NCBI GenBank assembly: GCA_045563715.1 | Contig: JBJLIP010000001.1 | Location: 199,076 to 263,075, forward strand | Length of the DNA stretch: 64,000 nt | Direction: 5' to 3' | DNA from: Gammaproteobacteria bacterium | GTDB taxonomy: Bacteria; Pseudomonadota; Gammaproteobacteria; Magnimaribacterales; D2472 | Shown: in pieces, positions 44,035 through 58,565 of the stretch | How the letters are laid out: every line of letters starts with the position of its first letter | How positions within the stretch are numbered: the stretch's first letter is position 1 | The notes under the pieces: model-generated | The model's input: the letters and a program-made list of their open reading frames with translations, nothing else | The model's database searches: none | Told to the model about the DNA's origin: nothing | Translations under genes and position numbers: made by a program

Positions 44035-44349
44035 TTATTGTCCTAAGCTTATCTGAACATCTACCCCAGAGGATAGATCAAGTTTCATTAAAGCATCAAC
44101 CGTTTTATCAGTTGGTTTGACAATGTCCATTAATCTTTTATAAGTTACAATCTCATATTGATCTCTTGCATCTTTATCTTTATGCGGTGAAATCAATACA
44201 GTTGTTCTTTCTTTTTTTACAGGTAAAGGTATTGGTCCATTAATTATTGCACCTGTTTTTTTAACAGTTTCTACAATTAATTTTGCCGAAGCATCAATTA
44301 ATCTGTAATCGAAAGCTTTAAGCCTAATTCTGATTGATTGATTCTCCAT
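44035..44349 (-). CDS. rpsJ: 30S ribosomal protein S10
   Basis: [16 protein letters not shown] motif. 104 aa. Confidence 0.97.
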   Translation of the reverse strand: MENQSIRIRLKAFDYRLIDASAKLIVETVKKTGAIINGPIPLPVKKERTTVLISPHKDKDARDQYEIVTYKRLMDIVKPTDKTVDALMKLDLSSGVDVQISLGQ

Positions 44350-44412
44350 TTCCCTATTTTTATCCTATACAAAAATTTATTAGTACATTCTGCAAATCGC
44401 AAAATGTGGCGT

Positions 44413-44442
44413 ATTCTAAGCTTCTTAGAGCAATACTGTCAA
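44413..44442 (-). promoter_or_regulatory. candidate sigma-70 promoter of the S10 operon
   Basis: Minus strand reads TTGACA (44442-44437), 18 nt, TAGAAT (44418-44413), in the 124-nt fusA-rpsJ spacer. Confidence 0.4.
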
Positions 44443-44473
44443 CATTAATCAATAGTTTTATAAATATAACTTT

Positions 44474-46576
44474 TTATGCAGTTTTGAGGTCTTCAGCAAT
44501 ATTTTTTGGAACTTCACCATATTTAGTGAATTCCATTGTAAAAGTAGCTCTTCCTTGTGTCTGTGATCTTAGATCAGTAGCATATCCAAACATTTCTGCA
44601 AGTGGAACTTCTGATGAAACTTCTTTACCTGAAGTAATATCTTCCATTCCCAAGATTATTCCTCGTCTTCTATTAAGATCTCCAACTACATCCCCCATAT
44701 GTTCTTCTGGTGTAACAACAACAACTTTCATTACTGGCTCAAGTAGCGCAGGTTTAGCTTTAGTTGCGCCTTCTTTTAATGCCATTGATCCAGCAATTTT
44801 GAATGCCATCTCATTAGAATCTACGTCATGAAATGATCCATCATATAATGTTGCTCTCAAGGCAAGAAGGGGATATCCAGCAATAACACCATTTTGCATC
44901 TGTTCTTGGATACCTTTATTTACAGCTGGAATATATTCTTTTGGAATAACCCCACCTACAATTTTATCTACAAATTCATATTCATCATCTAAACCAAGGG
45001 GCTCCAATTTTAACCATACGTGTCCATATTGTCCCTTACCGCCACTTTGTCTAACAAATTTACCTTCAACTTCAACCTCTTCTTTAATTGTTTCTCTATA
45101 TGCTACTTGAGGTTTACCTATGTTAGCTTCAACTGAAAACTCTCTTTTCATTCTGTCTACAAGAACATCTAAATGAAGTTCTCCCATTCCAGAAATAATT
45201 GTTTGTCCTGATTCCTCATCACTTGCAACTCTGAATGAAGGATCTTCTTGAGCAAGTTTGCCTAGGGCAAGTGACATTTTTTCTTGATCTTGTTTTGATT
45301 TTGGTTCTACAGCAACAGATATAACTGGTTCTGGGAAATCCATTCTTTCTAAAACAATAGGTTTGTTTGCATCTGATAGAGTATCACCAGTTGTAATATC
45401 TTTTAAACCAATACAAGCAGCTATATCACCTGCTCTAACTTCTTTGATTTCTTCTCTATTATTAGAATGCATTTGAACCATTCTCCCAACTCTTTCTTTC
45501 TTTGAACGAGTTGTATTCATAACACTATCTCCTACGCTTAGAACTCCAGAATAAACTCTGATAAATGTTAGAGTTCCTACAAAAGGATCAGTTGCTATTT
45601 TAAAAGCAAGGGCTGAAAAAGGCTCATCGTCTGATGAAGATCTTGAGTCAGACTCCTCCTCCTCATCACTGTTATTTGGAATAACACCTTCGATTGCTTT
45701 CACTTCATCTGGTGCTGGCAAGAAATCAATTACCGCATCAAGAACAGCCTGTACTCCTTTATTTTTAAAAGCTGAGCCACATAAAGCAAGAATAACTTCA
45801 TTAGCTAATGATCTTATTCTTAGCCCTTCTTTAATTTGATCTACAGATAGCTCACCCGATTCAAGATATATATCCATTAGTTCTTCGTTAGCTTCAGCAG
45901 CGGCTTCAAGCATTTCTTCTCTAAGTTTTGTACATTTATCCATTAGATCATCAGGAATATCCTTGGAATCAAATGTAAGACCTTGGTCATCTTCATTCCA
46001 ATATATAGCTCTCATATTAATTAGATCTACTACGCCTTTGAAATCTTCTTCTGCTCCTATGTTGTACTGAATAGGAACTATATTAGCCTGTAATCTATCT
46101 TTAATTTGATCAACTACCTTTTCAAAATTGGCTCCTGCTCTATCCATTTTATTAACAAAAACAATTCTAGGGACTTCATAACGATTTGCTTGTCGCCATA
46201 CAGTTTCTGATTGAGGTTCAACACCAGAAGTTCCACAAAAAACAACAACAGCTCCATCTAATACTCTTAGTGACCGTTCAACTTCAATTGTAAAATCAAC
46301 GTGTCCTGGAGTGTCAATTATGTTTATTCGATGTTGTGAAAACTGTTGCTCCATTCCACTCCAAAAACAAGTTGTTGCTGCTGAAGTAATTGTTATTCCT
46401 CTTTCTTGTTCTTGCTCCATCCAATCCATAACAGCTGCACCGTCGTGGACTTCACCTATTTTGTGCGAAAGACCTGTATAAAAGAGAACTCTTTCAGTTG
46501 TTGTTGTTTTACCAGCATCAACATGGGCACATATGCCAACATTTCTATATTTATTTAAAATAGTATCTCTAGCCAT
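44474..46576 (-). CDS. fusA: elongation factor G
   Basis: [25 protein letters not shown]1 region. 700 aa. Follows rpsG. Confidence 0.98.
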   Translation of the reverse strand: MARDTILNKYRNVGICAHVDAGKTTTTERVLFYTGLSHKIGEVHDGAAVMDWMEQEQERGITITSAATTCFWSGMEQQFSQHRINIIDTPGHVDFTIEVERSLRVLDGAVVVFCGTSGVEPQSETVWRQANRYEVPRIVFVNKMDRAGANFEKVVDQIKDRLQANIVPIQYNIGAEEDFKGVVDLINMRAIYWNEDDQGLTFDSKDIPDDLMDKCTKLREEMLEAAAEANEELMDIYLESGELSVDQIKEGLRIRSLANEVILALCGSAFKNKGVQAVLDAVIDFLPAPDEVKAIEGVIPNNSDEEEESDSRSSSDDEPFSALAFKIATDPFVGTLTFIRVYSGVLSVGDSVMNTTRSKKERVGRMVQMHSNNREEIKEVRAGDIAACIGLKDITTGDTLSDANKPIVLERMDFPEPVISVAVEPKSKQDQEKMSLALGKLAQEDPSFRVASDEESGQTIISGMGELHLDVLVDRMKREFSVEANIGKPQVAYRETIKEEVEVEGKFVRQSGGKGQYGHVWLKLEPLGLDDEYEFVDKIVGGVIPKEYIPAVNKGIQEQMQNGVIAGYPLLALRATLYDGSFHDVDSNEMAFKIAGSMALKEGATKAKPALLEPVMKVVVVTPEEHMGDVVGDLNRRRGIILGMEDITSGKEVSSEVPLAEMFGYATDLRSQTQGRATFTMEFTKYGEVPKNIAEDLKTA

Positions 46577-46596
46577 AATTATCTTTTATATATTAT

Positions 46597-47441
<845 letters not shown>

Positions 47442-47495
47442 ATTAATTTTGCTTATAGGCGGCGATTTTATAGAGCTGATCGTTAATGGTCAACA

Positions 47496-50400
47496 TTATT
47501 CTTCATCATTTTCTTGAAGCTCTTGTCTTAATGCTGCTTCTATATCATCATTAGACAAAATTTGTTCATCAAATTCGCCCATTTTTTTACTTCTTAATCT
47601 GTCATGGAATTCCATTCCAGTTCCAGCAGGTATTAATCTACCAACTACTACATTTTCTTTAAGGCCTCTAAGTTGGTCTTTCTTTCCAGTGACTGCAGCT
47701 TCTGTTAAGACTCTTGTTGTTTCTTGGAATGAGGCAGCTGAAATAAATGAATCAGTAGCAAGAGAGGCTTTGGTGATACCAAGTAAAACTCTCTCATATT
47801 CAGCTGGAGTTTTATCAGCAGCTTTAGCTTTATTATTCTCTTCTACAAGTTCAGCATAACTTACCTGGTCACCCTGAATAAATTTTGTATCACCGCCATC
47901 AAGGATAAGTGCTTTTCTAAGCATCTGTCTTAAGATTGTTTCGATATGTTTGTCATTTATTGAAACACCTTGCAGTCTATAAACATCTTGAATTTCGTTA
48001 ACAATAAAGTTAGTTAGTTCAGGAATGCCTTTTAATCTTAAAATATCATGAGGGCTTAGAGGTCCTTCAGAAATGATATCTCCTCTATTAACTCTTTCTC
48101 CTTCAAAAACATTTAATGTTCTATGTTTAGGTATAAGCATTTCAGTATTATCAGATTTTTTAGATGCTCCCTCAGGAGTTATAACTAACCTTACTTTACC
48201 TTTGGTTTCCTTGCCAAAATAAATTACTCCAGATTCCTCAGCTAAAACAGCTGCATCTTTTGGCTTTCTTGCTTCAAATAAGTCAGCAACTCTCGGCAGG
48301 CCTCCAGTAATATCCTTCGTTTTAGAGGCAACTAAAGGCATCCTTGCTATAACTTCACCTGCAGAAAGTTTTTGACCATTTACTAAATTAACTAGTCCGC
48401 CTGCTGGTAATGGATAAACTGCTGGTTGTTTGAATTCGCCAATTAAGACAGGTTTTCCTTTTGAGTCAACAATTTCAATTGTTGGAGTCATATCTCTACC
48501 TGCAGATGTTCTGTCAGCAACTTCAATTATTTCAATACTTGATAAACCAGTTAATTGGTCTAATTGCTCTCTTACAGTAACGCCGTCTTCAATGTCAGTA
48601 AACTTAACTTTACCTGAAGTTTCGGAAATGATAGGTCTAGTGTATGGATCCCATGAAGCAACTTTGACTCCATCTTCTAAGTCAGCTGCATCTCCAACTT
48701 CTAATGTAGCTCCATATGGCACTTTATATTGCTCGACAATCTTTCCATTAACATCAGAAATAGAACACATGGCATTTCTTGATACGACAACTTCTAATTT
48801 ATCTTTGTTAGTTACAGTTTTCATATCTTCAGAAAAAGATACAATTCCAGCACTCTTATTATAGATGGCATTATCTTCAGAAGAGCTAGAAGCGGCACCA
48901 CCTATATGAAATGTTCTCATTGTAAGCTGGGTACCAGGCTCACCAATAGATTGAGCAGCTACAACACCAACTGCCTCTCCTCTATGAACCAGGTGACCTC
49001 TTGCCAGGTCTCTACCGTAACACATTGAACATACTCCAACAGGAGCATTACAAGTCATTGGTGATCGGATCTTAAGACTTGATAGATTCAGCTCATCTAT
49101 AACATCCAAAGCATCTTCATCTAACATTGTATTAACTGGGAAAAGCTCCTCGCCATCAGCATCGAATATTGGCTCGGCAATAACTCTTCCAAGTATTCTG
49201 TCTGTTAAGGCCTGAATAATCTCTCCGCCATCGATAATAGAGGTAACTACTATTGATTCTTCAGTACCACAGTCATCAATATTAATTACAGAATCCATTG
49301 ATACATCACACAATCTTCTTGTTAAATATCCAGAGTTTGCTGTTTTTAAAGCAGTATCTGCCAAGCCTTTTCTGGCACCATGAGTTGATATGAAATATTG
49401 TAATACTGAGAGTCCTTCTCTGAAGTTAGCTGTTATAGGGGTTTCAATAATAGAACCGTCAGGTTTTGACATTAGTCCTCTCATTCCAGAAAGTTGTCTT
49501 ATTTGCGCAGGTGATCCTCTAGCGCCTGAATCAGCATAAATATATACAGAATTAAATGAGGATTGTTCTACATTTTCACCTTCAGGTGTTTCTGCAGTTT
49601 CAGTACTAATTTTTTCCATCATAGCTTTAGCAACTTGCTCATTAGCTCTTGACCATATATCAATAACCTTGTTATATCTTTCACCTCTAGTAACAAGGCC
49701 AGAATCAAACTGTTTCTCAATAGCTTTGACTTCTTTTTCTGAAGAATCAATAATTTTTGCTTTCTCTTCAGGTATTACAAAATCATTAACTCCAATAGAT
49801 GATCCAGACCTCGTTGAAAAGTCAAAACCTAAATACATCAATTGGTCAGCAAAAATCACTGTTTTCTTCAGTCCAGCTTTTCTGTATGAAACATCTACCA
49901 ACTTGGATACTGATTTTTTATTTAAAACATTGTTAATATTTTTAAAACCAACTTCAGCTGGAGTTATTCTCCAAATCAAAGTCCTTCCAACAGTAGTATC
50001 TTCTAATGAAGTTTCCCCATTAGCATGTTTAACTCTAACCTTGATGGGCGAATGTATTTCTAAATTTTCTGTTTCATATGCTCTCAAAACCTCATCTGGG
50101 TTACTAAAAACTCTGCCACCACCAGAAGAATTAGCATTATCTCGGGTCATATAGTAAAGACCCAAAACAACATCTTGTGTTGGGTTGATAATTGGAGCTC
50201 CGTCAGCAGGAGATAAAATATTATTTGTCGACATCATCAATGCTCTGGCTTCTAACTGAGCTTCTAGTGTTAATGGAACATGAACAGCCATTTGATCTCC
50301 ATCAAAATCAGCATTAAATGCAACACATACCAATGGATGAAGTTGGATTGCTTTGCCTTCTATTAGCTTTGGTTCAAAAGCTTGAAGTCCAAGTCTATGA

Positions 50401-51680
50401 AGAGTTGGAGCTCTATTAAGTAAAACAGGATGTTCTCTAATTACTTCTTCTAAAACCTCCCATACTTCAGGTGTCTCTCTTTCAACTAATTTTTTTGCAG
50501 CTTTGATTGTTGTTGCAAGCTCTCTATTCTCAAGTTTTCCATATACAAAAGGCTTAAAAAGCTCTAGTGCCATTTTCTTTGGAAGTCCGCATTGATGTAA
50601 TTTAAGATTTGGTCCAGCAACAATTACAGATCTTCCTGAGTAGTCTACACGTTTGCCCAATAGGTTTTGTCTAAACCTTCCTCCTTTTCCTTTTATCATG
50701 TCGGCCAATGATTTTAGTGGTCTCTTATTGGTGCCTGTAATAACCCTACCCCTTCTTCCGTTATCTAAAAGTGCATCAACAGACTCCTGAAGCATTCTTT
50801 TTTCATTTCTAACTATTATTTCAGGAGCATTTAATTCTAATAATCTTTTTAATCTATTATTTCTATTAATAACTCTTCTATATAAGTCATTAAGGTCTGA
50901 TGTGGCAAATCTTCCACCTTCAAGTGGTACTAATGGTCTTAGATCAGGAGGTAATACTGGTAAGATATTCATAACCATCCACTCAGGCTTATTTCCAGAG
51001 TCTTTAAATGCTTCAAGTAATTTTAATCTTTTTGAAAGTTTCTTAAGTTTTGTTTCAGAGTTAGTTTCAGGAATCTCTTCTCTAATAATTCTTATTTCAT
51101 CATCAATATCAAGTTCTTCTAATAAAACTTGAACAGCTTCAGCACCCATACCAGCAGAAAATTCATCTCCAAATTCTTCGTATTTTTCTACCCATTCCTC
51201 TTCAGTCAATATTTCGCCCTTTTCCAACTCTGTTAGTCCAGGATCAGTAACAATATAACTTTCAAAATAGAGAACTCTTTCGATTTCTCTTAAGGTAACA
51301 TTCAAAAGTAATCCTATTCTTGATGGTAAAGATTTTAAGAACCATATATGAGCAACTGGAGCAGCGAGGTCAATATGCCCCATCCTTTCTCTTCTTACTT
51401 TAGCTAGAGTTACTTCAACACCGCATTTTTCACATACAACACCACGATGTTTCATTCTTTTGTATTTACCACAAATACATTCGTAATCCTTTACAGGCCC
51501 AAAGATTTTTGCACAAAACAAACCATCTCTTTCTGGTTTAAAAGTTCTGTAATTAATAGTCTCAGGTTTTTTAACCTCTCCGAATGACCATGATTTAATA
51601 ACCTGAGGGGATGCTAAACCTGCTGAGATAGTTGTGAAATCTTCTTGACCAGTCTTTAAAGAATTTAATAAATCTTTCAA
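47496..51680 (-). CDS. rpoC: DNA-directed RNA polymerase subunit beta'
   Basis: 1394 aa with zinc-binding CxCGKYKxxxxxGxxCxxCGV and the catalytic [12 protein letters not shown] motif. Confidence 0.99.
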   Translation of the reverse strand: MKDLLNSLKTGQEDFTTISAGLASPQVIKSWSFGEVKKPETINYRTFKPERDGLFCAKIFGPVKDYECICGKYKRMKHRGVVCEKCGVEVTLAKVRRERMGHIDLAAPVAHIWFLKSLPSRIGLLLNVTLREIERVLYFESYIVTDPGLTELEKGEILTEEEWVEKYEEFGDEFSAGMGAEAVQVLLEELDIDDEIRIIREEIPETNSETKLKKLSKRLKLLEAFKDSGNKPEWMVMNILPVLPPDLRPLVPLEGGRFATSDLNDLYRRVINRNNRLKRLLELNAPEIIVRNEKRMLQESVDALLDNGRRGRVITGTNKRPLKSLADMIKGKGGRFRQNLLGKRVDYSGRSVIVAGPNLKLHQCGLPKKMALELFKPFVYGKLENRELATTIKAAKKLVERETPEVWEVLEEVIREHPVLLNRAPTLHRLGLQAFEPKLIEGKAIQLHPLVCVAFNADFDGDQMAVHVPLTLEAQLEARALMMSTNNILSPADGAPIINPTQDVVLGLYYMTRDNANSSGGGRVFSNPDEVLRAYETENLEIHSPIKVRVKHANGETSLEDTTVGRTLIWRITPAEVGFKNINNVLNKKSVSKLVDVSYRKAGLKKTVIFADQLMYLGFDFSTRSGSSIGVNDFVIPEEKAKIIDSSEKEVKAIEKQFDSGLVTRGERYNKVIDIWSRANEQVAKAMMEKISTETAETPEGENVEQSSFNSVYIYADSGARGSPAQIRQLSGMRGLMSKPDGSIIETPITANFREGLSVLQYFISTHGARKGLADTALKTANSGYLTRRLCDVSMDSVINIDDCGTEESIVVTSIIDGGEIIQALTDRILGRVIAEPIFDADGEELFPVNTMLDEDALDVIDELNLSSLKIRSPMTCNAPVGVCSMCYGRDLARGHLVHRGEAVGVVAAQSIGEPGTQLTMRTFHIGGAASSSSEDNAIYNKSAGIVSFSEDMKTVTNKDKLEVVVSRNAMCSISDVNGKIVEQYKVPYGATLEVGDAADLEDGVKVASWDPYTRPIISETSGKVKFTDIEDGVTVREQLDQLTGLSSIEIIEVADRTSAGRDMTPTIEIVDSKGKPVLIGEFKQPAVYPLPAGGLVNLVNGQKLSAGEVIARMPLVASKTKDITGGLPRVADLFEARKPKDAAVLAEESGVIYFGKETKGKVRLVITPEGASKKSDNTEMLIPKHRTLNVFEGERVNRGDIISEGPLSPHDILRLKGIPELTNFIVNEIQDVYRLQGVSINDKHIETILRQMLRKALILDGGDTKFIQGDQVSYAELVEENNKAKAADKTPAEYERVLLGITKASLATDSFISAASFQETTRVLTEAAVTGKKDQLRGLKENVVVGRLIPAGTGMEFHDRLRSKKMGEFDEQILSNDDIEAALRQELQENDEE

Positions 51681-51690
51681 TTTTTTTCTC

Positions 51691-54600
51691 CTAGTTATCT
51701 ATATCTAATTCAATATTAATGCCTAATGACTTAATTTCTTTGCTAAGAACGTTGAATGATTCTGGAACATTCGCATCCATTTCAAAACTGCCATCAACAA
51801 TATTTTTATACATCTTTGTTCTTCCAGATACATCGTCTGACTTTACAGTTAGCATTTCTTGAAGTGTATAAGAAGCGCCGTATGCTTCTAAAGCCCATAC
51901 CTCCATTTCACCAAACCTCTGACCTCCAAATTGAGCCTTGCCACCTAAAGGTTGTTGTGTGACTAAGCTATATGAACCAGTTGATCTTGCGTGCATTTTG
52001 TCATCTACTAAATGATTTAGTTTAATTATGTACATGTAGCCAACTGTTACAGGCCTATCAAATTTTTGACCAGTTCTTCCATCAAATAGCGTTATTTGAC
52101 CTGATTCTGGCATATCAGCTAGTTTTAGAAGATCCTTGACTTCACTTTCCTTTGCTCCATCAAACACAGGTGTAGCAATTGGAAGTCCATCTCTGAGATT
52201 TTCTGCTAACTCCATAATTTCAGAATTATTAAATGAGTTGATATCTTCTTTATTTGCAGCATTTGTGTTGTAGAGTTTATCTAAGTATGATTTTAATTCT
52301 GAAGGCTTTGCATTTTCTTTAAGCATCTTATCTATCTTTTTACCAATACCCTTAGCTGCAGAACCCATGTGAGTTTCAAGAACCTGACCAACGTTCATCC
52401 TTGATGGGACTCCTAATGGATTGAGAACAATATCAACAGGATTACCCTCGTTGTCATATGGCATATCTTCAACAGGCATAATCTCTGAAATAACTCCCTT
52501 ATTTCCATGCCTTCCTGCCATCTTATCTCCTGGCTGAATTCTTCTCTTAATTGCAAGATAAACTTTAACAATTTTAATTACACCAGGTGCTAAATCATGG
52601 CCTCTTATGATTTTAGATTTCTTATCTTCAAATCTTGTTTTAATATCTTTGATATAAGCTTTGTATAGAGTTTCTGTTTCTTCAATAGTTTCATTAATAT
52701 TTTTTGCATCAGTTCTTATGGAAAAAATATCATTTAATTTGAAAGATTCTAATTTATCTGAAGAAAGGACCTCGCCTTTTTTAACTCCGTTACCTTTGAC
52801 GGCTTTTTTTGATTTTAATAATTCGCAAAGTCTCGTTTTTGTTGCTTGCTCAACGACTGCTGCCTCATCATCTGAATCTTTCTTTGACTGATCTAAGTGG
52901 TCTTGTTCAATAGATAAAGTTCTTTCATCTTTATCAACACCATCTCTTGTAAAGACTTCAACACCAATAACTGTTCCCTTTGAGCTTGATCTTTGCGATG
53001 TATCTTTCACATCTGATGCCTTTTCTCCAAAAATAGCTCTTAATAATTTTTCTTCTGGAGAAAGTTGTGTTTCACCCTTGGGAGTAATTTTACCAACAAG
53101 AATGTCGCCTTGTTCAACTTCTGCTCCAACATATACTATTCCGCAGTCATCTAATTTATTTAATGAACCTTCTCCAACATTTGGAATATCAGCAGTGATC
53201 TCTTCAGAGCCAAGTTTAGTATCTCTAGCTATACAAACTATTTCCTGAATATGAATAGATGTAAATCTATCTTCTCTGGCAACTTTTTCTGAAATTAATA
53301 TGGAATCCTCAAAATTGTAGCCATTCCATGGCATAAATGCTATTCGAATATTTTGTCCTAATGCTAATTCCCCATTATCAACTGATGGACCGTCAGCCAA
53401 GATATCATCAGCCTTAACAACATCGCCGACTTTTACTATTGGGCGTTGATTAATACAAGTATTTTGATTTGATCGAGTGTATTTAATTAAATTATAAACA
53501 TCTGATGCTGTCTTTGATTTCTTATCAGTTACTCTTACAACAATTCTAGAAGCATCTACACTTTCAACTACACCAGAATTTTTTGCAACAATACAAACAC
53601 CTGAGTCTCTTGCTACAACTGTTTCTAAGCCTGTTCCTACAAGAGGTTTTTCAGCTTTAAGAACTGGGACAGCTTGACGTTGCATATTTGAACCCATTAA
53701 TGCTCTGTTAGCATCATCATGTTCCAAAAATGGTATTAAAGAAGCTGCAATAGAGACAACTTGTTGAGGAGATACATCCATAAGATCTATTCTGTCTGGA
53801 GACATTAATTCAAATTCGTTTGCATGCCTAACTGCAACCAGGTCGTCAATAAATCTATTATTCTTATCTAAAACAACATTAGCTTGCGCTATGACATGCT
53901 CCGCCTCATCAATTGCAGATAAATAGACTATTTCATCAGTAACCTTTCCATTAGATACTTTTCTGTATGGTGTTTCAATAAAACCATACTGATTTGTTCT
54001 TGAGTAGGAAGCAAAGGAATTAATTAATCCAATATTTGGCCCTTCGGGCGTTTCAATTGGACATACTCTTCCATAATGTGTGGGATGAACATCTCTAACT
54101 TCGAAACCAGCTCTTTCTCTTGTAAGACCACCAGGACCGAGAGCTGAAACTCTTCTCTTGTGCGTGATTTCTGACAAAGGATTATTTTGATCCATAAATT
54201 GTGATAGCTGACTTGAACCAAAAAATTCTTTAATTGCAGCAGTGACAGGTTTAGCATTTATTAGATCTTGAGGACCTAGTTCATCTGCCTCAGCCATGCT
54301 TAATCTTTCTCTAACAGCTCTTTCTACTCTAATGAGACCAACTCTAAATTGGTTAGCTGTCATTTCGCCGACAGATCTTACTCTTCTGTTGCCTAAATGA
54401 TCAATATCATCAACTATATCGTGCCCATCTCTAATGTTAACTATCCCTTTCATTACTTCAATAATGTCTTGTTTATCAAGTATGTGTGGATCTTCAGTTT
54501 TAGGATCTAATTTAAGCCTTCTATTAAATTTCATTCTACCAACTTCAGAAAGGTCATATCTTTCCTCGTTAAAGAATAAGTTGTTGAATAAAGTTTCTGC

Positions 54601-55800
54601 TGAATCTTTTGTTGGTGGTTCACCTGGTCTCATCATTCTGTATATTTCGACTAAAGCTTCCAACCTATTAGATGTAGGATCAACTCTTAACGTATTAGAT
54701 ATATATGGACCTTTAACTAATTCATTAATGTATAAACATTTGATTTCTGTGATTCCATTTTCTTTGATTTGCTCTAATGCTTCTTCGTCAATTTCTGTGT
54801 TTGCCTTCAAAAGTGGTTCTAGACTTTTCTTGTTCTTTATTTCACCTGTTTCTTTATCTATTTTTTCTTTTTCAGTATTAGAAAAAATATCTTCAGCTAA
54901 AACTTTGCCAATTAAAAATTCCTCAGAAAGAGAAATTTCACTAGCTTTTGAATTGGTTAATTCTTTAATATGTCTTGCTGTAATTCTCTTACCAGCCTCA
55001 ACATATACTTTGCTTTTAACTTTGATATCAACAGATAGAGTCTCACCTCTTAATCTTTCAGGCACCAATGCAACTTTGACAGAGTCCTTTTCCAGTTTAT
55101 AGATATCTGTTTCATAAAATTCAGAAATGATTTCTTCTGTATTCATCCCTAAAGCTCTCAACATAATAGTCGCAGGTATTTTTCTTCTTCTATCAATTCT
55201 GCTAAAAAGAATATCCTTAGGATCGAACTCAAAATCTAGCCATGAGCCTCTGTAAGGAATAATCCTTGCAGAATATAAAACCTTTCCAGAAGAATGTGTT
55301 TTACCTTTATCATGATCATAAAAAACACCTGGAGATCTATGAAGTTGGGATACAACAACTCTCTCAGTTCCATTAATAATAAATGATGCGTCATCAGTCA
55401 TTAGAGGAACTTCTCCCATAAAAACTTCGCCTTCTTTAATATCTTTTACTTCTTTAAAGTTTGAATCTCTATCAAACAAGACAAGCTTTACTTTTATTCT
55501 TAGTGGTGCTGAATATGTAAGCCCTTGGATTAAGCATTCTTGAACATCATATGTATTTTTACCCAATTCATATGAAACATATTCCAAGGCTGCATTTCCT
55601 GAAACACTTTTAATCGGAAATAGTGATTGAAATACTTCTTCTAATCCCTGTTTTTTTCTTGCTTCAGGAGCCACATCAGCTTGTAAAAATTGAGCATAAG
55701 AGTTTGTCTGTGTCTCAACGAGATTTGGTAAATCCATTACTTTTGCAAAGGTACCAAAGTTTTTTCTTATTCTTTTCTTTTCTGTATAGCTGTATGACAT
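51691..55800 (-). CDS. rpoB: DNA-directed RNA polymerase subunit beta
   Basis: 1369 aa with [17 protein letters not shown]-terminus and conserved rifampicin-cluster region ([30 protein letters not shown]). Confidence 0.99.
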   Translation of the reverse strand: MSYSYTEKKRIRKNFGTFAKVMDLPNLVETQTNSYAQFLQADVAPEARKKQGLEEVFQSLFPIKSVSGNAALEYVSYELGKNTYDVQECLIQGLTYSAPLRIKVKLVLFDRDSNFKEVKDIKEGEVFMGEVPLMTDDASFIINGTERVVVSQLHRSPGVFYDHDKGKTHSSGKVLYSARIIPYRGSWLDFEFDPKDILFSRIDRRRKIPATIMLRALGMNTEEIISEFYETDIYKLEKDSVKVALVPERLRGETLSVDIKVKSKVYVEAGKRITARHIKELTNSKASEISLSEEFLIGKVLAEDIFSNTEKEKIDKETGEIKNKKSLEPLLKANTEIDEEALEQIKENGITEIKCLYINELVKGPYISNTLRVDPTSNRLEALVEIYRMMRPGEPPTKDSAETLFNNLFFNEERYDLSEVGRMKFNRRLKLDPKTEDPHILDKQDIIEVMKGIVNIRDGHDIVDDIDHLGNRRVRSVGEMTANQFRVGLIRVERAVRERLSMAEADELGPQDLINAKPVTAAIKEFFGSSQLSQFMDQNNPLSEITHKRRVSALGPGGLTRERAGFEVRDVHPTHYGRVCPIETPEGPNIGLINSFASYSRTNQYGFIETPYRKVSNGKVTDEIVYLSAIDEAEHVIAQANVVLDKNNRFIDDLVAVRHANEFELMSPDRIDLMDVSPQQVVSIAASLIPFLEHDDANRALMGSNMQRQAVPVLKAEKPLVGTGLETVVARDSGVCIVAKNSGVVESVDASRIVVRVTDKKSKTASDVYNLIKYTRSNQNTCINQRPIVKVGDVVKADDILADGPSVDNGELALGQNIRIAFMPWNGYNFEDSILISEKVAREDRFTSIHIQEIVCIARDTKLGSEEITADIPNVGEGSLNKLDDCGIVYVGAEVEQGDILVGKITPKGETQLSPEEKLLRAIFGEKASDVKDTSQRSSSKGTVIGVEVFTRDGVDKDERTLSIEQDHLDQSKKDSDDEAAVVEQATKTRLCELLKSKKAVKGNGVKKGEVLSSDKLESFKLNDIFSIRTDAKNINETIEETETLYKAYIKDIKTRFEDKKSKIIRGHDLAPGVIKIVKVYLAIKRRIQPGDKMAGRHGNKGVISEIMPVEDMPYDNEGNPVDIVLNPLGVPSRMNVGQVLETHMGSAAKGIGKKIDKMLKENAKPSELKSYLDKLYNTNAANKEDINSFNNSEIMELAENLRDGLPIATPVFDGAKESEVKDLLKLADMPESGQITLFDGRTGQKFDRPVTVGYMYIIKLNHLVDDKMHARSTGSYSLVTQQPLGGKAQFGGQRFGEMEVWALEAYGASYTLQEMLTVKSDDVSGRTKMYKNIVDGSFEMDANVPESFNVLSKEIKSLGINIELDIDN

Positions 55801-55829
55801 AAATGCGCCCTGTTTAATTAATATAGTTG

Positions 55830-56210
55830 TTACTTAAGTTCGCCTGTAGCACCTGCTTCGGTAAGCTGCGCTAACATTGCTTCTGCTTCTTCTTTCTTGA
55901 CAGCTTCTTTTAAGGTACTAGGAGCACCATCAACCATATCTTTTGCTTCTTTAAGTCCTAAGCCAGTTATTGTTCTAACTGCCTTAATGACCTGAACTTT
56001 TTGATCACCTGCTGCTGACAATACAACATCAAATTCACTCTTTTCTTCAGCTGCAGGAGCATCATCACCACCGCCTGCTGCTGGTGCTGCTGCTACAGCT
56101 GCTGCTGCAGTTACACCAAATTTTTCTTCTATATCTGAAATAAGATCTACTAACTCCATTACAGACATTTCTTCTATTGCTTTTAAGATATCATCTTTAC
56201 TAGTTGCCAT
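55830..56210 (-). CDS. rplL: 50S ribosomal protein L7/L12
   Basis: Ala/Gly hinge and C-terminal [25 protein letters not shown]. Confidence 0.98.
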   Translation of the reverse strand: MATSKDDILKAIEEMSVMELVDLISDIEEKFGVTAAAAVAAAPAAGGGDDAPAAEEKSEFDVVLSAAGDQKVQVIKAVRTITGLGLKEAKDMVDGAPSTLKEAVKKEEAEAMLAQLTEAGATGELK

Positions 56211-56227
56211 TTTATTCTCCTTATAAT

Positions 56228-56758
56228 TTAGGCTGACGCCTCTTTATTGTCTCGAACTGCTGATAACACTCTAGCTAACTTACTTGGAACTTCATTTAAT
56301 AAAGTAGCAAATTTACTAACAGGAGCTTGTAAAACATTAGCTATTAGGCTGTATGCTTCATCTTTAGACGGAAGTTTAGCCAAAATATCAATTTGACCTC
56401 CGTCCAGCAACTGCCCTTCAACTACCAAAGCTTTGATTTCTAAGTCATCAAAATTTTTGGCGTATGTTTTGAGCAATTTAGCTGCTGCACCTGGCTCTTC
56501 AAAAGAAAAGGCAAATAATGAAGGTCCAAACAATACTTCATCAGAGCACCCAAAATCAGTTCCTTCAAAAGCTAATTTAGCTAAAGAATTTTTAATAACT
56601 TGAATGTGAATACCCGATTCATGTGCTTTATTTCTGATCTCAGAAAGTTCAGAAACTTTTAAACCCCTAGCATCAGAAATAACTAGAGAGGATGCATTCG
56701 ATGCAACTTCTTTTACTTCTTTTACTATATTCTCTTTTTCACTCTTAGATAATGCCAC
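56228..56758 (-). CDS. rplJ: 50S ribosomal protein L10
   Basis: 176 aa, GTG start with GGAG upstream, in the rplA-rplJ-rplL order. Confidence 0.95.
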   Translation of the reverse strand: MALSKSEKENIVKEVKEVASNASSLVISDARGLKVSELSEIRNKAHESGIHIQVIKNSLAKLAFEGTDFGCSDEVLFGPSLFAFSFEEPGAAAKLLKTYAKNFDDLEIKALVVEGQLLDGGQIDILAKLPSKDEAYSLIANVLQAPVSKFATLLNEVPSKLARVLSAVRDNKEASA

Positions 56759-56917
56759 AGCAATTCTCCAATTAAAGCCTTTCGGCTATTTAGCGACAAA
56801 TTGTAAAATTACAATTTGAACACCACCTACGTAGGAAATTAAGTCTTTCGACACCTACGGTCTTTGACGGCTGCGTAAACGCAACTATCTAGTTTTGTAT
56901 TTCTACAAAACTAAAAC
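56759..56917 (-). promoter_or_regulatory. structured rplJ (L10) mRNA leader candidate
   Basis: 159-nt spacer with four clear hairpins. (1) 56890-56913, 10-bp stem 5 nt after the rplA stop. (2) 56826-56860, CCTACG.../...CGTAGG enclosing GTC-GAAA-GAC. (3) 56797-56818, perfect 10-bp palindrome caaattgtaa/ttacaatttg. (4) 56776-56787, AGCC-GAAA-GGCT. Confidence 0.45.
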
Positions 56918-57610
56918 TTATACCAACTCTCCATTATTGATTTTAACGCCAGGGCCCATTGTGCTATTAATAGCTATGCTCCCAATAAAAACACCTTTAG
57001 CAGATGCTGGTTTTAATTTTTTTAATTCCTCTAATAAAGCAGAAGCATTAGCTTTTATTTTTTCTGATTCAAAGCTAACTTTTCCTATACTTCCATGAAT
57101 AATTCCATTCTTATCTGTTCTAAATCTTACTTGTCCTGCTTTAACATTTTTTATTGCAGTCGCTACATCGTCAGATACTGTTCCAGTTTTTGGGTTTGGC
57201 ATTAATCCTTTTGGTCCAAGTACCTGCCCTAATTTACCAACAACTTTCATTGCTGCATTAGTTGATATAACAACATCAACATTTATTTCTTCTTTTGTAA
57301 ATTTTTCTGCTAAATCATCCATTCCAACAAAATCTGCACCAGCTCCTTCTGCTTCAGTAGCATTATCTCCATCTGCAAAAACTGCTACAACAACTTCTTT
57401 TCCCAAGCTGTTTGGAAGAGTTACTGCCCCTCTAACATTTTGATCAGATTTGTTTGGATCAACTCCTAACCTCACTGATATATCTACAGATTCATCAAAT
57501 TTTTCTGATTTTACAAGTTGTAAAATCTGCATAGCTTCATCTATAGAGTATGATTTTTCAGGATCAAGCTTTTCCTGGATAATTTTTTCTTTTTTTGTTA
57601 ACTTGCTCAT
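56918..57610 (-). CDS. rplA: 50S ribosomal protein L1
   Basis: 230 aa, [16 protein letters not shown] motif. Confidence 0.97.
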   Translation of the reverse strand: MSKLTKKEKIIQEKLDPEKSYSIDEAMQILQLVKSEKFDESVDISVRLGVDPNKSDQNVRGAVTLPNSLGKEVVVAVFADGDNATEAEGAGADFVGMDDLAEKFTKEEINVDVVISTNAAMKVVGKLGQVLGPKGLMPNPKTGTVSDDVATAIKNVKAGQVRFRTDKNGIIHGSIGKVSFESEKIKANASALLEELKKLKPASAKGVFIGSIAINSTMGPGVKINNGELV

Positions 57611-58035
57611 AAATCTGTTTCAACTCCCATACTTCTGGCAGTACCAGCAATAATCTTTACAGCAGCATCAATGTCATTTGCATTCAGATCAGGTTCTTTA
57701 GTCTTAGCTATGTCCTCAAGTTGAGCTCTGGTTAATTTACCTACCTTTTCTCTGTTAGGCTCTCCACTTCCCTTGGCAATATTAAGCGCTTTTCTTATTA
57801 GTACTGCTGCTGGTGGAGTTTTAACAACAAAATCGAAAGACTTATCTTCATAAACATTTATTACAACCGGTAAAGGCATGCCTTTTTCTGATTCTTGCGT
57901 AGCAGAGTTAAATGCATTACAAAAATCCATGATATTTAACCCAACTTGTCCCAATGCTGGTCCTACAGGGGGGCTAGGATTTGCTCCACCAGCAGGAATT
58001 TGTAACTTTAGAACATTAACTACTTTTTTTGCCAT
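57607..58035 (-). CDS. rplK: 50S ribosomal protein L11
   Basis: [21 protein letters not shown] motif. Confidence 0.98.
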   Translation of the reverse strand: MAKKVVNVLKLQIPAGGANPSPPVGPALGQVGLNIMDFCNAFNSATQESEKGMPLPVVINVYEDKSFDFVVKTPPAAVLIRKALNIAKGSGEPNREKVGKLTRAQLEDIAKTKEPDLNANDIDAAVKIIAGTARSMGVETDL

Positions 58036-58562
58036 TATGTTTTCTCTATTTGCATGAAATCTAATTCTACTGGGGTGGCCCTACCAAGAATTTGAACAGA
58101 AACTTTAACCATATTTCTTTCATAGTCAACGTTTTCTACAACACCATTAAAATCATTAAAAGGTCCGTCGCATACTCTTATAACTTCGCCCGGTTCATAG
58201 ATTGTTTTTGGAGCAGGCGCATCTTCCCCAACTTCTATTCTATTAATTATGCTATTTACATCATCTTCTGAGATAGGAATTGGTCTATCCTTTGTGCCAC
58301 CTACAAAACCAGAAACTCTTGGTGTAGACTGAACTAATTGCCAGGAGTCATCCTCTAAATTCATTTGTATCAAAATATATCCTGGGAAAAATTTTCTTTC
58401 AGTAGTCTTCTTAGCTCCCCCTTTAAGTTCCACAATTTGTTCTGTTGGAATTAAGATTTCTCCAAATTTTTCGGAAAGACTGTTTAATGCAATTCTTTCT
58501 TCTAAAGCAACTTTAACTTTTTGCTCATATCCAGAATATGCTTGTATTACATACCAATCCAT
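58035..58562 (-). CDS. nusG: transcription termination/antitermination factor NusG
   Basis: [17 protein letters not shown] start and a KOW region ([18 protein letters not shown]). Confidence 0.97.
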   Translation of the reverse strand: MDWYVIQAYSGYEQKVKVALEERIALNSLSEKFGEILIPTEQIVELKGGAKKTTERKFFPGYILIQMNLEDDSWQLVQSTPRVSGFVGGTKDRPIPISEDDVNSIINRIEVGEDAPAPKTIYEPGEVIRVCDGPFNDFNGVVENVDYERNMVKVSVQILGRATPVELDFMQIEKT

Positions 58563-58565
58563 AAT

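Noticed and set aside
44334-44831. 165-aa plus-strand ORF spanning the rpsJ start, the spacer and the fusA 3' end
   Set aside because: It is antisense to two highly conserved genes and crosses the S10 promoter region. The translation is low-complexity with no RBS.
47467-47493. Possible str-operon promoter TTGACC-15 nt-TATAAA between rpoC and rpsL
   Set aside because: The 15-nt spacer is shorter than usual and the element abuts the rpoC stop. It cannot be distinguished from chance in AT-rich sequence, so it is not listed as a feature.
48430-50154. 144-aa and 161-aa plus-strand ORFs (48430-48864, 49669-50154)
   Set aside because: These are antisense shadow ORFs inside rpoC with the same low-complexity Ser/Leu-rich composition. 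They have no start context.
54434-55102. 222-aa ORF on the plus strand, the longest non-annotated ORF in the window
   Set aside because: It lies entirely antisense inside rpoB. In this phase antisense stops arise only opposite Tyr or His/Gln codons that follow a codon ending in T (or C for Tyr), so long open shadows are expected. The translation is S/L/I/F-rich and low-complexity, with no RBS. The region is fully explained by conserved rpoB.
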